Notes: a model not told the origin generated them from the letters alone. 64,000 nt of DNA from Hyaloraphidium curvatum SAG 235-1 (GCA_025558095.1 JAIVFI010000026.1:186001-250000); one strand, 5' to 3'. Positions 20,426 to 33,184 are shown, numbered from the stretch's first letter. A program made the numbers and translations.

Positions 20426-23116
20426 CTAAACCACGCGGTTGTCCCTCGCCTCCACTCCCGTGGCCCCTCCCTCGACCTTTATCAGCTGCCCCGGCACGAT
20501 CCCCGACCACTCATTCCCCACCACCTGCACCCCGCTGCTCCTCGTCACGAGCACCTGCCCCCTCTCCGCGGCCCCGACGCCGTCGGCCCGCCTGTTGCGG
20601 AACCCGTTGCGGGCCACCACCGCGTCCCCCGCGGCTCCGATCTCCACCGCCGTCCGCGGGAACTCGACGAACTCGTTCCCCTCGATCCGCACCCCGCGAA
20701 GCAGCGGATACGACGTCGGCGCCCAGTCCGCCCCCTTGGCCCCGCTCCACACCACCCCCAGCCCGTCGTCGAGCTTGTCGCACCGCTCGAACCTGCACCC
20801 GCGCACGAAAAAGTCGAAAATGCCGGTGCCCTCGGCCCACGATCCGGGCCTGACGTCGGCGGTGATGCTCAGGGCGCGCTTCTCGATCCCAGTGAAGCAC
20901 GAGTGCTCGATGCCGCCGCGCTCCATCTGGAAGAGCACGCCGCGGGAGCGGTTCGAGTGGCAGTGGAGGCGGCGGTAGACCACGCTCTTGGTGGCGTTGT
21001 CGCGGTGGCTGGACGGCGATTGTTAGCGCGCGATCCTGCAACCTGGCGGGCAGGCAACCCACTTGAAGACGATGATCTTGTCGTCGCTCGACCACCAGAC
21101 CTCCCCGTTTGGCCCCGTCCACCCCTGCGCCGGCATCGGCAGCGCCCCGCCTTGCAGCCCGACCGTCCACCCGTTTGACGCCCACTCGGGCTGCCCCGTT
21201 ATTGTCCTGAACACCCCCGTCGGCGAGAAATCCTGGTTCCGGAACTCGAGCAGGTCCCCCTCCCTCACCGCGATCCTCCCACGCTGCCAATCCTCCAGTC
21301 GCAGCCTGCTGTCCCCGCGGCGCTCGATCCCCACCACGATGGTCTCGTGGCTGTTTGAGCAGTCGTCGCCCTGGAACCCGGCCTCGGCGTCCTCGACATG
21401 CACGTGGCCGTCGGTGCCGATGATGTTGATGGCGTCGGCGGCGGTCGAGATCCGGCGCGTCAGGGCGGGGACGCGGAGGTGCACGACCTCGAGGGTCGAG
21501 GAGTTGCGCAGCGCGCGGGTGGCGTCGCTTGCGGGGACCAGCCTCGCCCTCACGGCACCGGGGGTCGGCTCCTCCACAATCCGCGCCATCTCCTCCACCG
21601 TGGAATTGTCCAGCGCCCCCACGGTGAAGTTGGTCAGCCTCAGGTCCGCCGTCCCCGGCCGCGCCGCGAGCGCCATCCCCGGCGCGCCCCAGACCGACAC
21701 CATGTCCATCCAAACGTCCCTCGTGCGGACGATCTGGACCGCGTGGCCCTCGTAGGTAAAGTGCCGCACGAGGTACAGCGCGCCGACGGTCGGCGCAGGC
21801 CAGAGCCCGCGGAGGAGGGTGACGACGACGGTGTTGTTCGTGCCGACCGCGCGGTCGTACTGGGGTTCCATGCGGAGGAGGATCTCGTCCATGCGCCAGA
21901 AGGAGCCGATCCGGTTCGGGTCGGGCAGGCCGACCGTCATGGTCTCGGGGTCGACCTTGTGCATGTCGGCGATCCCACGGATCGTCGAGAGGTCGAGGAA
22001 GGGGTGGTCCAGGAAGCGCATCCGGATCTGCTGGTCGCCCGTCCCCGCGCGGCTCGACTCGGCCGAGAGCGCCCAGAGGTCCTCGATCCTCACGAGCGAA
22101 GCCAGCCGCCACCTGGCGAAATCCCAGTCGATTTGGAGGTCCCGCACCAGGACCGACCGCGATTCCTCGAAGCTGACGAGGGCGTTGAAAACCTTGGCCC
22201 GGCTGAAAAGCCACACCGAGCCCCCGCCGTCGAGGGTGAAGTTGGCCAGGCCGCGGAAGGCGAGCGGCCGGTCCGTCGCGAAGCGGTACACCCCGCGCCG
22301 CACCACGAAGCGGCACCCGCGCGCCGACGATACCGCCGCGCGGCAGTCGACCACTGCGCGCGCCACGGCGTTGTAGTTGTCCGGGTTCCCCTCGTCGAGG
22401 CCGTATTGCGAATTGAGGTCCACGACGATCTGCAGGGCCGGGTCCGGCTGCGCGGGGAAGGGCAACGGGAAAGAGGCGTAGGAGGGCTGCTGCGCGGAGG
22501 GCGTTTCGAGCACGGGGCAAGGGGGTGCCGGCCGCTTCGAGGTGTTTTCATACCACGAGCGCCAGATGGGCGGGCCGCGGGGCGTTGCCGACGGGGACGG
22601 GAGGGTGTGCGAGGGATAGGGGGTTTCGTTGTCGTCGTAGCCCGACGTGCCCGATGGCGGCAGCACGACGGGGGTTGTCGGGGCGCCGGCGATGCCGAGG
22701 GCCGTTGCGAGAGGCGCCGAAGTGGGCGTGCCCGTGAACGACGCCCCGCCGGCCGGGGCGGGGCCGGAGGGAGAGGGAGTTGCCTGGGCAGGCTGAGCAG
22801 CAGCTCCCGCCTTCTGCTGCGAGAGCACCACGGCGGTCGGCACGGCGATTGCTGCCGCCGCGACGGCGCACGCCGCGGCGATGAACCACGGCCTTTTGTA
22901 GAATGGCCTCCTCGGTGCCGCGCCGGCGTCCGCCACCGACACGCCCGACTCGCTGTCGACGCCCTTGCCGGCGCCGGCCTTGTCGCTGCCGTCGAGCGTG
23001 ATGTCCTCGAGCGACGGCGGCGACGGCGGCGACGGCGGGGACGCGGACCCGCCGCCGGGCGCCCGCGACACGCCATCGCCGCCCGGCGCCGGCGGGGGCG
23101 TTGCCGATTCCGCCAT
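20426..23116 (-). CDS. Type II membrane right-handed beta-helix protein, GH110 alpha-1,3-galactosidase-like
   Basis: TM WFIAAACAVAAAAIAVPTAVVL; P/S/T stalk; ADAINIIGTDGHVHVEDAEAGFQGDDCSNSH and NRSRGVL motifs; one intron ~21009-21063. Confidence 0.7.
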
Positions 23117-23620
23117 GGCAGACGCTGCCTGGCGACCAAGGCGCGATTGGACACCTGAGATCGGCGCAGTGGGCCTGCAGGGGGCGCGCTTATTGCAGCG
23201 GACTGTTCAGCCCGGCTTCCCTTTCGGGAGACCCCGCCGACCTTGCTGACCGCGATCAGCATGGAGACTTCTTCCAAAGCCAATGCAATGCAGGGATCTA
23301 CTTAAGGCTCATAGCCATAGGTGCGGACTGGCTGCCGGGCTTGAGCTCTGCAACGCGAGATGCTAGCGACTCCCCGTCCAAATCCGGTTCCGGCCCAGGA
23401 GGTCATCTACACTCTGCGGAGCTGCTCACAGGCAACCTTCGAGGTTCAAACATTCTCCAGGCTCGGTGTCACGTGCTCTGGGCGGCGGGAGAACCCTCGG
23501 AGGTCCCCCGTCCCCCTCGCGGGCTCGGCAGGGCCCTTTCTCTGTGTTCCCCGGGACGCCCGAAATTCCCATCCCACCAGGCGCCCCCCTGCCCCCTTGT
23601 CCCCCGGAGCAGGCCGCCGA

Positions 23621-24960
23621 CATGCACCGCAGCAACAGTGCCGCAGTGCTCGCTGCGCTGCTGCTCGTCGCGGCAGCCGTCGCGCTCCTCGCGACTACTG
23701 CGCGCGCGGCGGAGCTCCCCGCGCCGCACGGCGCCAAGGGCCCGCTGATGAGCGCGCCTGCACCGGGTGGGGGCTTGGCAGCAAACGCGGTGGCCAAGAA
23801 GGTCGCGACCAAGAAGGCGGCGGCAAAGAAGACGACCAAGAAGTCGGCGAAGCAGACGGCCGCGCCGAAGAAGAAGGTCCCCGTCAATCTCGGCCAGGCG
23901 TGCAAGAGCGGCATGTACTACTTCACTTCCGAGACGGTGGCGTTCAGCGAGGCCGAATTCACCGAAAAGACCGAGGTTTGTACATCTTTTCCGCTCCGCC
24001 CCGCCAACTTCTGATCACTTCAAACCCGGGGCATCCCACCCTCAACCGATGATCACGCTCACGATCAACGTCGTCGCATCCAATCTCCGCGTGCAGTGGC
24101 TCGTCACCTACGACCCCTACAAGCAGTCCGTCCGCCTCACGCCCGAGGGCCTCCGCCAGATCATGGTCCGGTCCCGGGAACGGATCAACGGCTACTTCAA
24201 CGGCATGGGATCGGTGCTCACCTCGACGCGGCGGATGCGCAGGGGCCGAATCACCGCGAGGATGCGGATCGGGCCGAGGCAGGGGCCCGGGGTGGTGGGT
24301 CCGGCACGCCGGTGGAGGATCATTGCGGGTTGCGAACGGTGCCTGCCCTGCAGGTGAGCGCGTTCATCACAATGGCGCCCAACGGCGACGAGATCGACTT
24401 CGAGGTACGTGGGATTTCAAGGCTGCTGTGTGGCCGGGACTGACGGGTGATCGGCACTGCAGTGGACCATGGGCAAGACCCCAACCGGCGCCACCAACAA
24501 CTGGTACCCCGCCCCGCGCCCAGTGCCCTGTCCTCCTTTTGATCCCGCCGCCGCCGTCCAGGTTCCGCAAGGGCCAGCCGTGGTACGGCCGCGACACCCT
24601 CTGCCAGATCCCCGGCGACGCGCGGTGGGCGTTCCACGAGTACACCATCGAGTGGGCTGAGGACCACGTGGCGTGGTACGTCGACGGGCGGCACTGCCGC
24701 ACTGTGCGCAAGTGGGACTGGCCGCTGGCGGGGGGCGACCACCTGTTCCCGGAGGAGCCACCGAACATCCAGTTTGGGATCTGGTGGGTTTACGCGGCGC
24801 TGCGGGTCAAGGCACGGGATCTGATCACGCCTGTGACAGGGACGGCGGGTTCTACGACGGGACGAGGGACTGGGTCGGTGGGCGGATCCCGTGGGAGTCG
24901 CCCGAGTCGGATGCGGGGTACGACCACACGATCTCGTGGGTCAGGGTGGACTGTTTGTAG
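23621..24960 (+). CDS. Secreted GH16 (Crh/Utr2-like transglycosylase or glucanase), multi-exon
   Basis: Signal peptide; VSAFITMAPNGDEIDFE catalytic motif; FHEYTIEW..VAWYVDG; FP..P.NIQFGIW-DGG...DWVGG; about 5 GT-AG introns. Confidence 0.85.
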
Positions 24961-25170
24961 AATCGGAGACTCAGCAAGGTATGGAATAGTCAGATCATTG
25001 TATTTGCATGCTCGGGAATGAACTATGGCCATCGTTGGAATCTGACGCGGCCGCAAAAGCCACTGAGGCGTCCCCATGCCGGCGAGAATACCAATAATTG
25101 TGGTCTGCCCATTGGAGCCCACGGAGAATGTAGTGTAGTGTTACTTTCCGAAGCTTCCCGTAGCAGCAGG

Positions 25171-25734
25171 TCACCCGGCCGGGTCGGAGTCCTTCGCCAG
25201 CACCCACTCCACGTCCACCCTGCACCCCGCGGCGCGCACCATCGACGCCACGGGACATCTTTTCTCCACGTGCGCCCTGAGCTCCTCCACTCTCTCTTGC
25301 GGTTCGTCGGAGCTCCCAGGTTTGAGGTGCACGACCACCGTCCCCTTCAGGTTCTGCAGATGCGACACGCAGGGCGGTTCCGCGATCAGCGGCAGTGACA
25401 CCGCGCCCCTCTCGTCCCGCTCGGCCGAATAATCAAACTCCAGATGTGAAAGCGGGAACGTAGGCCTCATGTGCCGGGCGACGAACGCGGCGGTGGCCGA
25501 CTCGCAGCCCACCAGCGCGGCGAGGAGCAGCTCCACCGGTTGGGGTGCGTTGTCCTTGCCGCCCATCAGTTTCGGGAGGTCCGTCCGTGCGGTGTGTCGG
25601 CCGGGGGGGCCGAAGCGGGTTTCGGACGACGGGCCGCGTCCGATTCCTCGCGCGGCGTAGGATTTGTGCCGGACCGCACCACGCAGGGTGGCCGGGAGGA
25701 AGGCAAAGAGCGCGGACGTGCGTCGGGTCGCCAT
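25171..25734 (-). CDS. OsmC/Ohr-like family protein
   Basis: DLPKLMGGKDNAPQPVELLLAALVGC ... VEKRCPVASM with two conserved Cys. Confidence 0.88.
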   Translation of the reverse strand: MATRRTSALFAFLPATLRGAVRHKSYAARGIGRGPSSETRFGPPGRHTARTDLPKLMGGKDNAPQPVELLLAALVGCESATAAFVARHMRPTFPLSHLEFDYSAERDERGAVSLPLIAEPPCVSHLQNLKGTVVVHLKPGSSDEPQERVEELRAHVEKRCPVASMVRAAGCRVDVEWVLAKDSDPAG

Positions 25735-25923
25735 CGTCAAGAAGGCGTGTTCCTAATCGCGAGCACCTCGCCGTGCGGTCGAACGCGTCGGGACCGTTGT
25801 CCCCATCTCCGCGTCTCCTTTTTGACCCACCTTGGCTTGCCGCAAAATGGGTCGAAAGCTCCCTAAATTGCTCTAAGGGAACATCCATTGCATTTTATCG
25901 GAATTCCTGGCCGTCTGCACGAG

Positions 25924-26619
25924 ATGGCTGTAACAATGGCCTCCGATCCTACCGCCCTTCCGCCGCACCTCGCGCTCGTCCTCGCCGGCGCCAAGCGCGG
26001 CTGGTCCTGGGCATTCGACCGGACTGACGAGCCCCCGGACACATCGTGGGCCCATCCGACGCGTGTTGCCTTCGCACGACGCGTGTCGGAGGCACTGGGC
26101 GGCCGGAGCGCGGAGTTCTACGTGGGCCTGTTTCCGCCGGACCCCAAAGAGCTCGCGGGACGCGTGACGAGGGCGTACCACGTCATCTCCGCCCGGACTC
26201 CGCGGCTGGAAGAGCTGCTTTCCTTCTGGGACTCATTCTGTCGCGTCGGAGCAGGAAATAATCCTCCCGCTTCGCTCGATGCTGTCCTGAACGAGCACAT
26301 GGCCGAGGTGCTCGGGTATCCCGTCGGCTGGCGGCCTTCTCGCCCCCTCGGACGGGACCAGCGGGGGGGAGTGCGGTATAGGGACATGCAGCTGTTCGTT
26401 TGGCTGCGCGGCGCGGATCCCGTCGGGTGGGCGCCTGACGAGGAGGGGCTCGAGTCGGAGGACCCGGTGCTGGTCGAGTCGTACGGGTTCCTGGAGGGGG
26501 AGCGGGAGGCGGTACTGGAGGACGGGGAGCGGAGGGTGTGCGCCTACGGAGCCGTGTTGGAGGGGCTGGGGTTGGGGAAGGTGGAGATGGAGATCGTCGA
26601 CTTGCGCGGAGGTCGATGA
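25924..26619 (+). CDS. Hypothetical protein
   Basis: 231-aa ORF with natural composition and GC3 bias; no family recognised. Confidence 0.55.
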   Translation: MAVTMASDPTALPPHLALVLAGAKRGWSWAFDRTDEPPDTSWAHPTRVAFARRVSEALGGRSAEFYVGLFPPDPKELAGRVTRAYHVISARTPRLEELLSFWDSFCRVGAGNNPPASLDAVLNEHMAEVLGYPVGWRPSRPLGRDQRGGVRYRDMQLFVWLRGADPVGWAPDEEGLESEDPVLVESYGFLEGEREAVLEDGERRVCAYGAVLEGLGLGKVEMEIVDLRGGR

Positions 26620-27036
26620 TCCTGTATGCGTGGCGACCTAGGGAGCTGGCTTGTACGGCTGTTCTCCCGCGAATCCGTAGGTCTTGCGGAAACGTGCAGG
26701 CTACACGATCGGTGTCGCTGGCAGAGACCTCGAATTACTTCTCATTAGACGACTTACACGCCTCCACGGCATCATGCGGGGCAGGGGATGCTACCAGACA
26801 ATCCATGCGACGGCGATCGCCACCCCACCCCACCACGACCATTTCGCCCGTCCGCCGACGGCGCCCGAGACCGTCGGAGTCCCCGTCTGCAGCGCCTCCG
26901 CCGTGGCCGTGGTGGCGCACGTCGGCATCACGCTGCCGTACAGCGCCTTCTGCGCCGCCCGGCACCAACCCGCGTCGAACCCCGCGCACGCCATCCCCAT
27001 GGGCAGGCAATTCAGAGAGACACGGCAATGCAAACT

Positions 27037-28050
27037 CTAGTTGCTCGCCGGAGGCAGCACAAGTCCCCGGGCCTCGAGCGCCTTGCGCGACGTCTCCCTG
27101 ATAAAGTCCACCTCGTACGCCCTCTCCGGGTCGGCACGGACCTCCCTGTCGAACACCTCGGCGTCCTTCCCCACCAGGATCCTCCACCGCCCGTTCCGGA
27201 TCCCGTCCAGGATGATGCCCGCGGCCTCGGCGGGGGGCATGCCGTACGTCTCGAACCGCTCGAAGAGCGACTCGTCAACCTTGTGGTTGAGCATCTTGCT
27301 GGTGTTGACGCCGATCTTGGTGCCGATGTGGCCAGGCATGACGCAGGAGACGCCGATGTGCGGCGCGTTGAGCCGGAAGTCGGTCAGGAGGGACTCGGAG
27401 AAACCCTTGATAGCGTGCTTTGCGGCGGCATAACTGCTTTGTGGGACACCGTCTCCAATGGTCAAGACGGCGTGGAATCCGTTGATAGAGGAAGTGTTGG
27501 CGATCCACGCCTTGGGCGCGGCCTTGAGGTCCTCAATGAAGGTCCGGTTTCCGAGGTAGACGCCTTTCCAGCTGATATCAAAGCACCGTTCCCACTCCTC
27601 GCGAGGTGCGTTAAGGAAAGAGCCGCCGCCGCCGATGCCGGCCTGGCAAATCAGCACGTTCAGCTGTGGTTGGCGTCGGCGCGACGGTCCGCAACACAGG
27701 TGGCGGTCGGCGGCACCAATCGAGGTCAGACATCGCGACAAGCAGGCCAGAGCGGCAAGACCCACGTGCTTCTTGTCGTGCTCCTTCATCGCCGCCTCCC
27801 GGAAGGCCTTCCAGTCCTCCTCGACGGCGACGTCCGCCCTGTGCCCGGTCACCTTGACTCCCGGCGCCTCCGCCGCGCAGAGTTCCAGGGTGCCCTTAAT
27901 ACCGTCCTCGAGGACGTCGCAAAAGGCGACTTCACAGCCCTCCTTGGCGAGCTGCAGCACGAGCTGCCGGCCCATCCCGAAGCCGCCGCCCGAGACGACG
28001 CCAAAGAGGCCGGCGAAGGACTGCATGCCCTGCGACTGGATGGCGGACAT
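27037..28050 (-). CDS. Short-chain dehydrogenase/reductase (SDR)
   Basis: VVSGGGFGMG, NTSSINGF, YAAAKHAIKGFSE, VMPGHIGT; one in-frame intron ~27664-27765. Confidence 0.92.
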   Translation of the reverse strand: MSAIQSQGMQSFAGLFGVVSGGGFGMGRQLVLQLAKEGCEVAFCDVLEDGIKGTLELCAAEAPGVKVTGHRADVAVEEDWKAFREAAMKEHDKKHVGLAALACLSRCLTSIGAADRHLCCGPSRRRQPQLNVLICQAGIGGGGSFLNAPREEWERCFDISWKGVYLGNRTFIEDLKAAPKAWIANTSSINGFHAVLTIGDGVPQSSYAAAKHAIKGFSESLLTDFRLNAPHIGVSCVMPGHIGTKIGVNTSKMLNHKVDESLFERFETYGMPPAEAAGIILDGIRNGRWRILVGKDAEVFDREVRADPERAYEVDFIRETSRKALEARGLVLPPASN

Positions 28051-28292
28051 TTTGGGAGGTGCGGAGGGGAAAGCGGGATTCGGATTCCGGGCGGGTGGGG
28101 AGAGGTGCCGGTTTGAGTGGCCGGTTGACGGGGGACGCTCGGCCCGACGGCGATGCAGGAAAAGTCGCTTTACCCGGACCCCGGGCAAATCCAACGCCTC
28201 GATTCCAAATCTAGTTTCAAAGTCCAAGCACATCACCATCCCTCCTCGGCAGCACCACCACCGTCGATCCTCGCGCTTCGCCGACACCGCCG

Positions 28293-29528
28293 TCACAGCG
28301 CCTCGTAGTCCTCCTCTTTCGGCGCCGGCCGCCCGTACAACCGCGCCACGATCGTGTCCACAAAGAACTTGCTCTTCGGCGCCTTCTCCTCCTGCGGCGC
28401 CGACGCGGTGGGCACGGGCCGCAGTGGCGTGTTCCAGACTGCCCCCGCGAACGTGATCAGCACCGGCCGCGGGGACCCAACGACCGGAAAACCCACCGGG
28501 GTAGGCAAAGTACGCGATCGAGTACCTGGGCTTGCCCCCCTCGTTCATCCCCACCCTGTGCTTGGTCGCCTTGAGCCCCTCGTGCCCGCAGAGCACCTCG
28601 GCCACGGTCCCCAGGTTGACCGTCACGCAGCCCGGCACCGGCGGCACGGGGAACCACGTCCCGTCCGGCCCCTGCGCCTCCAATCCGCCCACGCCGTTCT
28701 GGAACAGCAGCGTGATGGTGCCGATGTCGTGGTGGCCGGCCAGGCGAAGGTTGGAGGAGGTGTTGTGGGGGGGCGGGACGGGGTGGTAGATCATGAAGCG
28801 GAACTGGTCGCCCGAGGGCTTGGTGTCTGTCGATCCACCAGTTCACACAAGTCAGTCATCTGCATGACAGGCTTGCAGCCGCGGGACCGACCGTCGTGCA
28901 TGGCGTCGAAGTAGTCCTCCGGCAGCCCCAGCCCCCGCGCGATGGCCGCGCAGATGTCGCGCACCAGCACGCGGCACCGGTCGGTGAAGTCGCGGATGGT
29001 CTCGAGGCCGCGCTCGACGGGGGCCGGGTGGTGCCGCGGGTCGGCGCGGTCGTGCGAGGCGCCGTCCCACTTGCCCGAGAACTGGTACTGCTCCCGGATC
29101 AGAAACACTGTGGGTCGTCGGCAGAAAACATCGACGAATCAGCCCGCAAAGCCGACTCGCCCGCCTCACGACCCACTTGTGTCGATCTCCTCCTTCTTGG
29201 TCCCCCCCAGCGCCTTGAAATCCCCGTCCCCCTCCTTCCGCGCCCCCAAATCCACCTTGCCCCTCCTCTGGTCCCCCCACCCGAGCCTATCCGCGTCCTC
29301 CCTGCACCGCTCCTTCTCCGCCTCCGGCTCGGCGAACGTCCCCTCGGCGAGTTGGAACATCTCCGCCAAGAGCGCCGGGGGAAACAGCTGGTCGACCTCG
29401 GAGATGTATAGGAAGCCCGAGGTGCGCAGGGCTTCGACGACCGCGGCGTCGCCGGGCTGAGGGGCCCCGTGGGAGGAGAAGGTGGGGCGGGGGACGGCGG
29501 CGACTTCCGGCGGGGCGTCGACCGTCAT
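28293..29528 (-). CDS. 2OG-Fe(II) dioxygenase, isopenicillin-N-synthase/DIOX family, multi-exon
   Basis: ALRTSGFLYI; HHDIGTITLLFQNGVGGLE; ATKHRV; RYSIAYF. Confidence 0.87.
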
Positions 29529-30184
29529 CGCGGCGGTGGGCGCGAGGCGGAGACTGGGACGATTTGAAGAGCGGGCGCTGACCTGGAAACTGGCCCGGAA
29601 AGTGGTCGCGAGGAAGGAGTGTTTGTGGGAGACGGAGGTGGCGAATTGGACTGGCCTTCCGCCACAGGCGGGTCGCCACGACGGAACAGAATTGCCGAGA
29701 TACTTCCCAATGCCGGTTTTCTCTAGAAGGATTCCATACAGAGTGATGATCCGGGAGCTTTCTGTGGTCCTCCGGCCAGGAACGGCGTGGATGCCTCGGC
29801 TGGCAGCAACAACGCCCGCCGAACCAAGCTTAGCTTCACAAATCCCGTGGAATCTGACCCGGTTCTAACTAGAAACATAGCTGACGGATGTTTTATGCCG
29901 TCGTTGCCCCGATCCGGGATGATCACGTGGTTGTGTTCTCCAGCACCTCGGTCGGCGGGACGAGACCACCCAACCGTTCTTGAATTCGGCCCGCGCTCCT
30001 CCCCTCCTCCCGCTCCCCGCTCCTCCGCGGCGCCTCCCCGCCTCCGTCTCAGGTGCGCCGCGCCGCGCCCGCCCCCCGGCTGCTCCCACGGCCGCGCGGG
30101 CCCGTCGCTGTGCCCTCCCGCTGAGCCTCCCGTCCCGCCCTCCCGGCGCCCACCCTTCCCCCACCCGGCTCCCACCGTCTCAGA

Positions 30185-31128
30185 ATGAAGGACACGTCGG
30201 GCTACGTGTACGCCGGCGAGTCGCGCGGCGAGCTGCTGGCGTGGCTCAACGGCCTGCTGCACCTCGGCGTGAACCGCATCGAGCAGTGCGGGTCGGGCGC
30301 CGTCTACTGCCAGATCATGGACAGCCTGTACCAGGGTGGGCCGACCGCGGGCCGCACTCCGCCGCAGTTTCTCTGACCGCAGGCTCGCTCGGGCTCGCCC
30401 GGTCGGGCAGACGTCCCACTCAAGAAGGTCAACTTCGCCGCCAAGTCCGAGTACGAGTACGTGGCCAACTACAAGATCCTCCAGAACGCCTTCGACGCCC
30501 ACGCGGTGCCCAACTACATCCCCGTGGACAGGCTGATCAAGTGCAAGTTCCAGGACAACATGGAGTTCCTGCAGTGGCTCAAGAAGTGGGGACCTCGGCA
30601 GCGTCCAGGGCGCCCGCATCTGACCCGTCCGGCCCGCCCCCTTCCAGATACTGGGACGCCCACTACAACGGCGAGCACTACGACGCCGTGGGCCGCCGCG
30701 GCGGCGCCGGCCCCCGCCTTGCCTCCCCCAACCCCCCCAAGCCGGCCCTCAAGACCTCCGCCTCGGCCGCCCTCCTCCCCCGCACCTCCCGCCCGCAGTC
30801 CTCCTCCTCCCCCCGCGCCTCGGCGCCCGCGCTCAGCAAGCCCGACCCCCTCCGCGCGCAGCTGGCCGCCGCCGAGCGCGCGCTGGCCGAGAGCGAGGCC
30901 GCGCTGGCGCTGGCGACGAGGGAGCGGCAGTTCTACTTCGAGAAGCTGCGCGAGATCGAGATACTCGTCGGGGACGAGGGCGAGCCGGGGCCGGGGTGCG
31001 CGATGGAGACGGGGAAGCTGGTGGACGAGATCAGGGGGATCATGTACAAGACCGAGGACGGCTTCGCGGTGCCGGACGAGGTGGAGGACGGGGTGGCCAA
31101 GCTGAGCGTGGCGGAGGAGGTGTACTGA
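30185..31128 (+). CDS. BIM1: EB1/Bim1/Mal3 microtubule plus-end tracking protein
   Basis: SRGELLAWLN, CGSGAVYCQIMDS, NYKILQNAF, KCKFQDNMEFLQW, ERQFYFEKLREIE..YKTEDGF, acidic EEVY tail; 2 introns. Confidence 0.95.
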
Positions 31129-31226
31129 TCCGGACAATCACAAATTGGGGATCCTTCGCTTGTCTTCTTTGCCCGGCATCTGTCGCCCGCCGCCCACCTC
31201 AGGCCGCGCCACGCAGAAGTCGCAGA

Positions 31227-33184
31227 TCAGGGCCGGATGGCCTGGATCTCGGGCACGATCTGGTCGAACGTCGGCCGTGCCGCGGGGTCGCGGTCCCAGC
31301 ACCTCCTCATCAGCCTCACCAGCGCCGGCGGCGCGCCGCAGCCGGCGGGAACGGCAGGCCGGAGGTCCACCGCGGGATCGAGGATCCGCCGCAGGATCCC
31401 GGAAGGAGCCTGCTTCAGCTTCCGCACTTCGTGGTCGAAGGGCTCGAACCCCCGCGACGCCGCCTGGTAGCACAGCATGGCGAACGCGTACACGTCGCCC
31501 GGCTTCCGCGGGCGGCGCACGATGTTCTGGGTGTGGCGATCGTACGATTCGGGCGGGATGAAGATCCAAGTCCCGACATTGAGCTCGATCCCGCTGAGCG
31601 TGCGGTCGAAGCGGAGGCGGGCGCCGCCGAAGTCCGCGAGCTTGGCCACGGGACGGCCACCCTCGTCGAAGACGAGCACGTTGGAGTTCTTGAGGTCGCC
31701 GTGGACGACGCTCTGGGCGTGGCAGTAGCGCAGGCCCTTGGCGACGTCCGCGAGGATCGACAGCCCCACCTCCCAGTAGTTGGCGTCCCTCTTGCGGTCC
31801 CACAGGAAGTGCAGCATGTCGCCGGCGGCCAGGGGGCAGGCCGCACGGCAGGGGCTGTCGGACCAAGCAAGAAGTGGGAGAACTTGAAACGGCCAAAATC
31901 AGGCACGGACGCACAAACAGGAATGAAGAACCCACTGTTCTCGTGATCGCCGATCGCGGTCCACATCCGGATTTCCCTGTCGAATACGGCGGGATCCAAG
32001 GGCCTCCAGTTGGGGTCGTGCAGGTCCGTTCGCTCCCGCTTCACGGCGACGGCCTGGCCCCGAAACTGTCCCACGGCCGCCTCGCCTTGGCCTCCTCTAC
32101 CGAGTATCCGGGCTTCAACGGGGCAATCGATCTCTGTCGGGTCGTCCAGCTTCTTCCCGAAATACGCAGATTCCCGGAGGCGCAGCTCCCTCTTCAACTG
32201 CTCCCGACGGACCACGTCGGCGACGAGATCGGGGCCGGTGAAACCCGCGCGATTCCGGGCAGCCGGGTCGAAGCGGCCCGTATTGCCGAGAAAGACCTGC
32301 AGCATGGCCTCCTGGCCTCCGGTGCAGGCATGGTGGAACGGCGTGTTGCCCTCCTCGTCCGGGATCGTTGCGTCAACGACACCAAAGAGGTACGAGGCCA
32401 GCTCGAGGTGGCCACTGCGGACGGCCATGGCGAAACCCGTCCGCCCATCCCGGTCGCGGTCGTTGACGTCGAAGGCGACGGCTCGAGGGAGCATCTGTTC
32501 GAGGACCAAATCCGTGTGCCCCTGCGCGCAGGCTGCGATGAATCCGAGCGGGGTGACGCCGACGCCATTCGCGAGCATGTGGACGACTGCGTCGGCGAAC
32601 CCGGTGCGGCACGCAATCTCGAACGGTCCAGGTGTTCCAGGTCGTACGTCGGCAAGGTCCGGAAAATGCGAAAGCAGTACCGCCAGCGCGGCCAGTTTCC
32701 CCGGCAGACGCTGCGATATCTCCGCCGCGTTGCATGCTAGGTCCAAAGAGGATGATCCACGACGTTCCCTCGCGCGAGGGTCGACCCGCTCTCCCTGATT
32801 GAGCAGCTCCGAAACGACCTCGGGCCAGCCGCTGCGCGCGGCCAGCATGAGCGGCGTAAAGCCTCCATCGTTGGCAGGATCCGGCTCTATCCGCGGCCCC
32901 AGAGCAAGGAGCGAACGCACGACAGCGACGTGCCCCTCGCGGGCAGCCAGATGGAGAGGGGTGTTCCCCGACTTGCCGCGCAGGTTCACGTCCGTGTCCG
33001 CCCTCCTGACGAGGATCTCGGTCGCTGCCAATGCCCCGTTCCACGCCGCGAGATGCAGAGCCGCGAATCCTTCGTCGGGGGTCCCGGCGGCCCCGGGCGC
33101 GTTCTGGTCCGCTCCGGCGGCAAGCAGCTCGGCCACCGCGGGCGCATCGCCATTCTTGGCCGCCTCCAGCAGCAAAACGTTCAT
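31227..33184 (-). CDS. Ankyrin-repeat + TKL-type protein kinase (non-RD)
   Basis: Several GxTPLHxA-type ankyrin repeats; GRGGQG, VAVK, HGDLKNSNVL, ADFG, DVYAFAM, CW..DP..RPTF; intron 31883-31935. Confidence 0.9.

Noticed and set aside
26791-27033. Small ORF with a GPI/TM-like C-terminus
   Set aside because: No signal peptide or upstream exon space (it abuts the SDR stop), so it is too weak to call.
27037-28794. 585-aa ORF as a 2OG-oxygenase-SDR fusion
   Set aside because: This is chance read-through across an intron and intergenic DNA; the oxygenase has its own last exon ending at 28293 and the SDR its own ATG at 28050.
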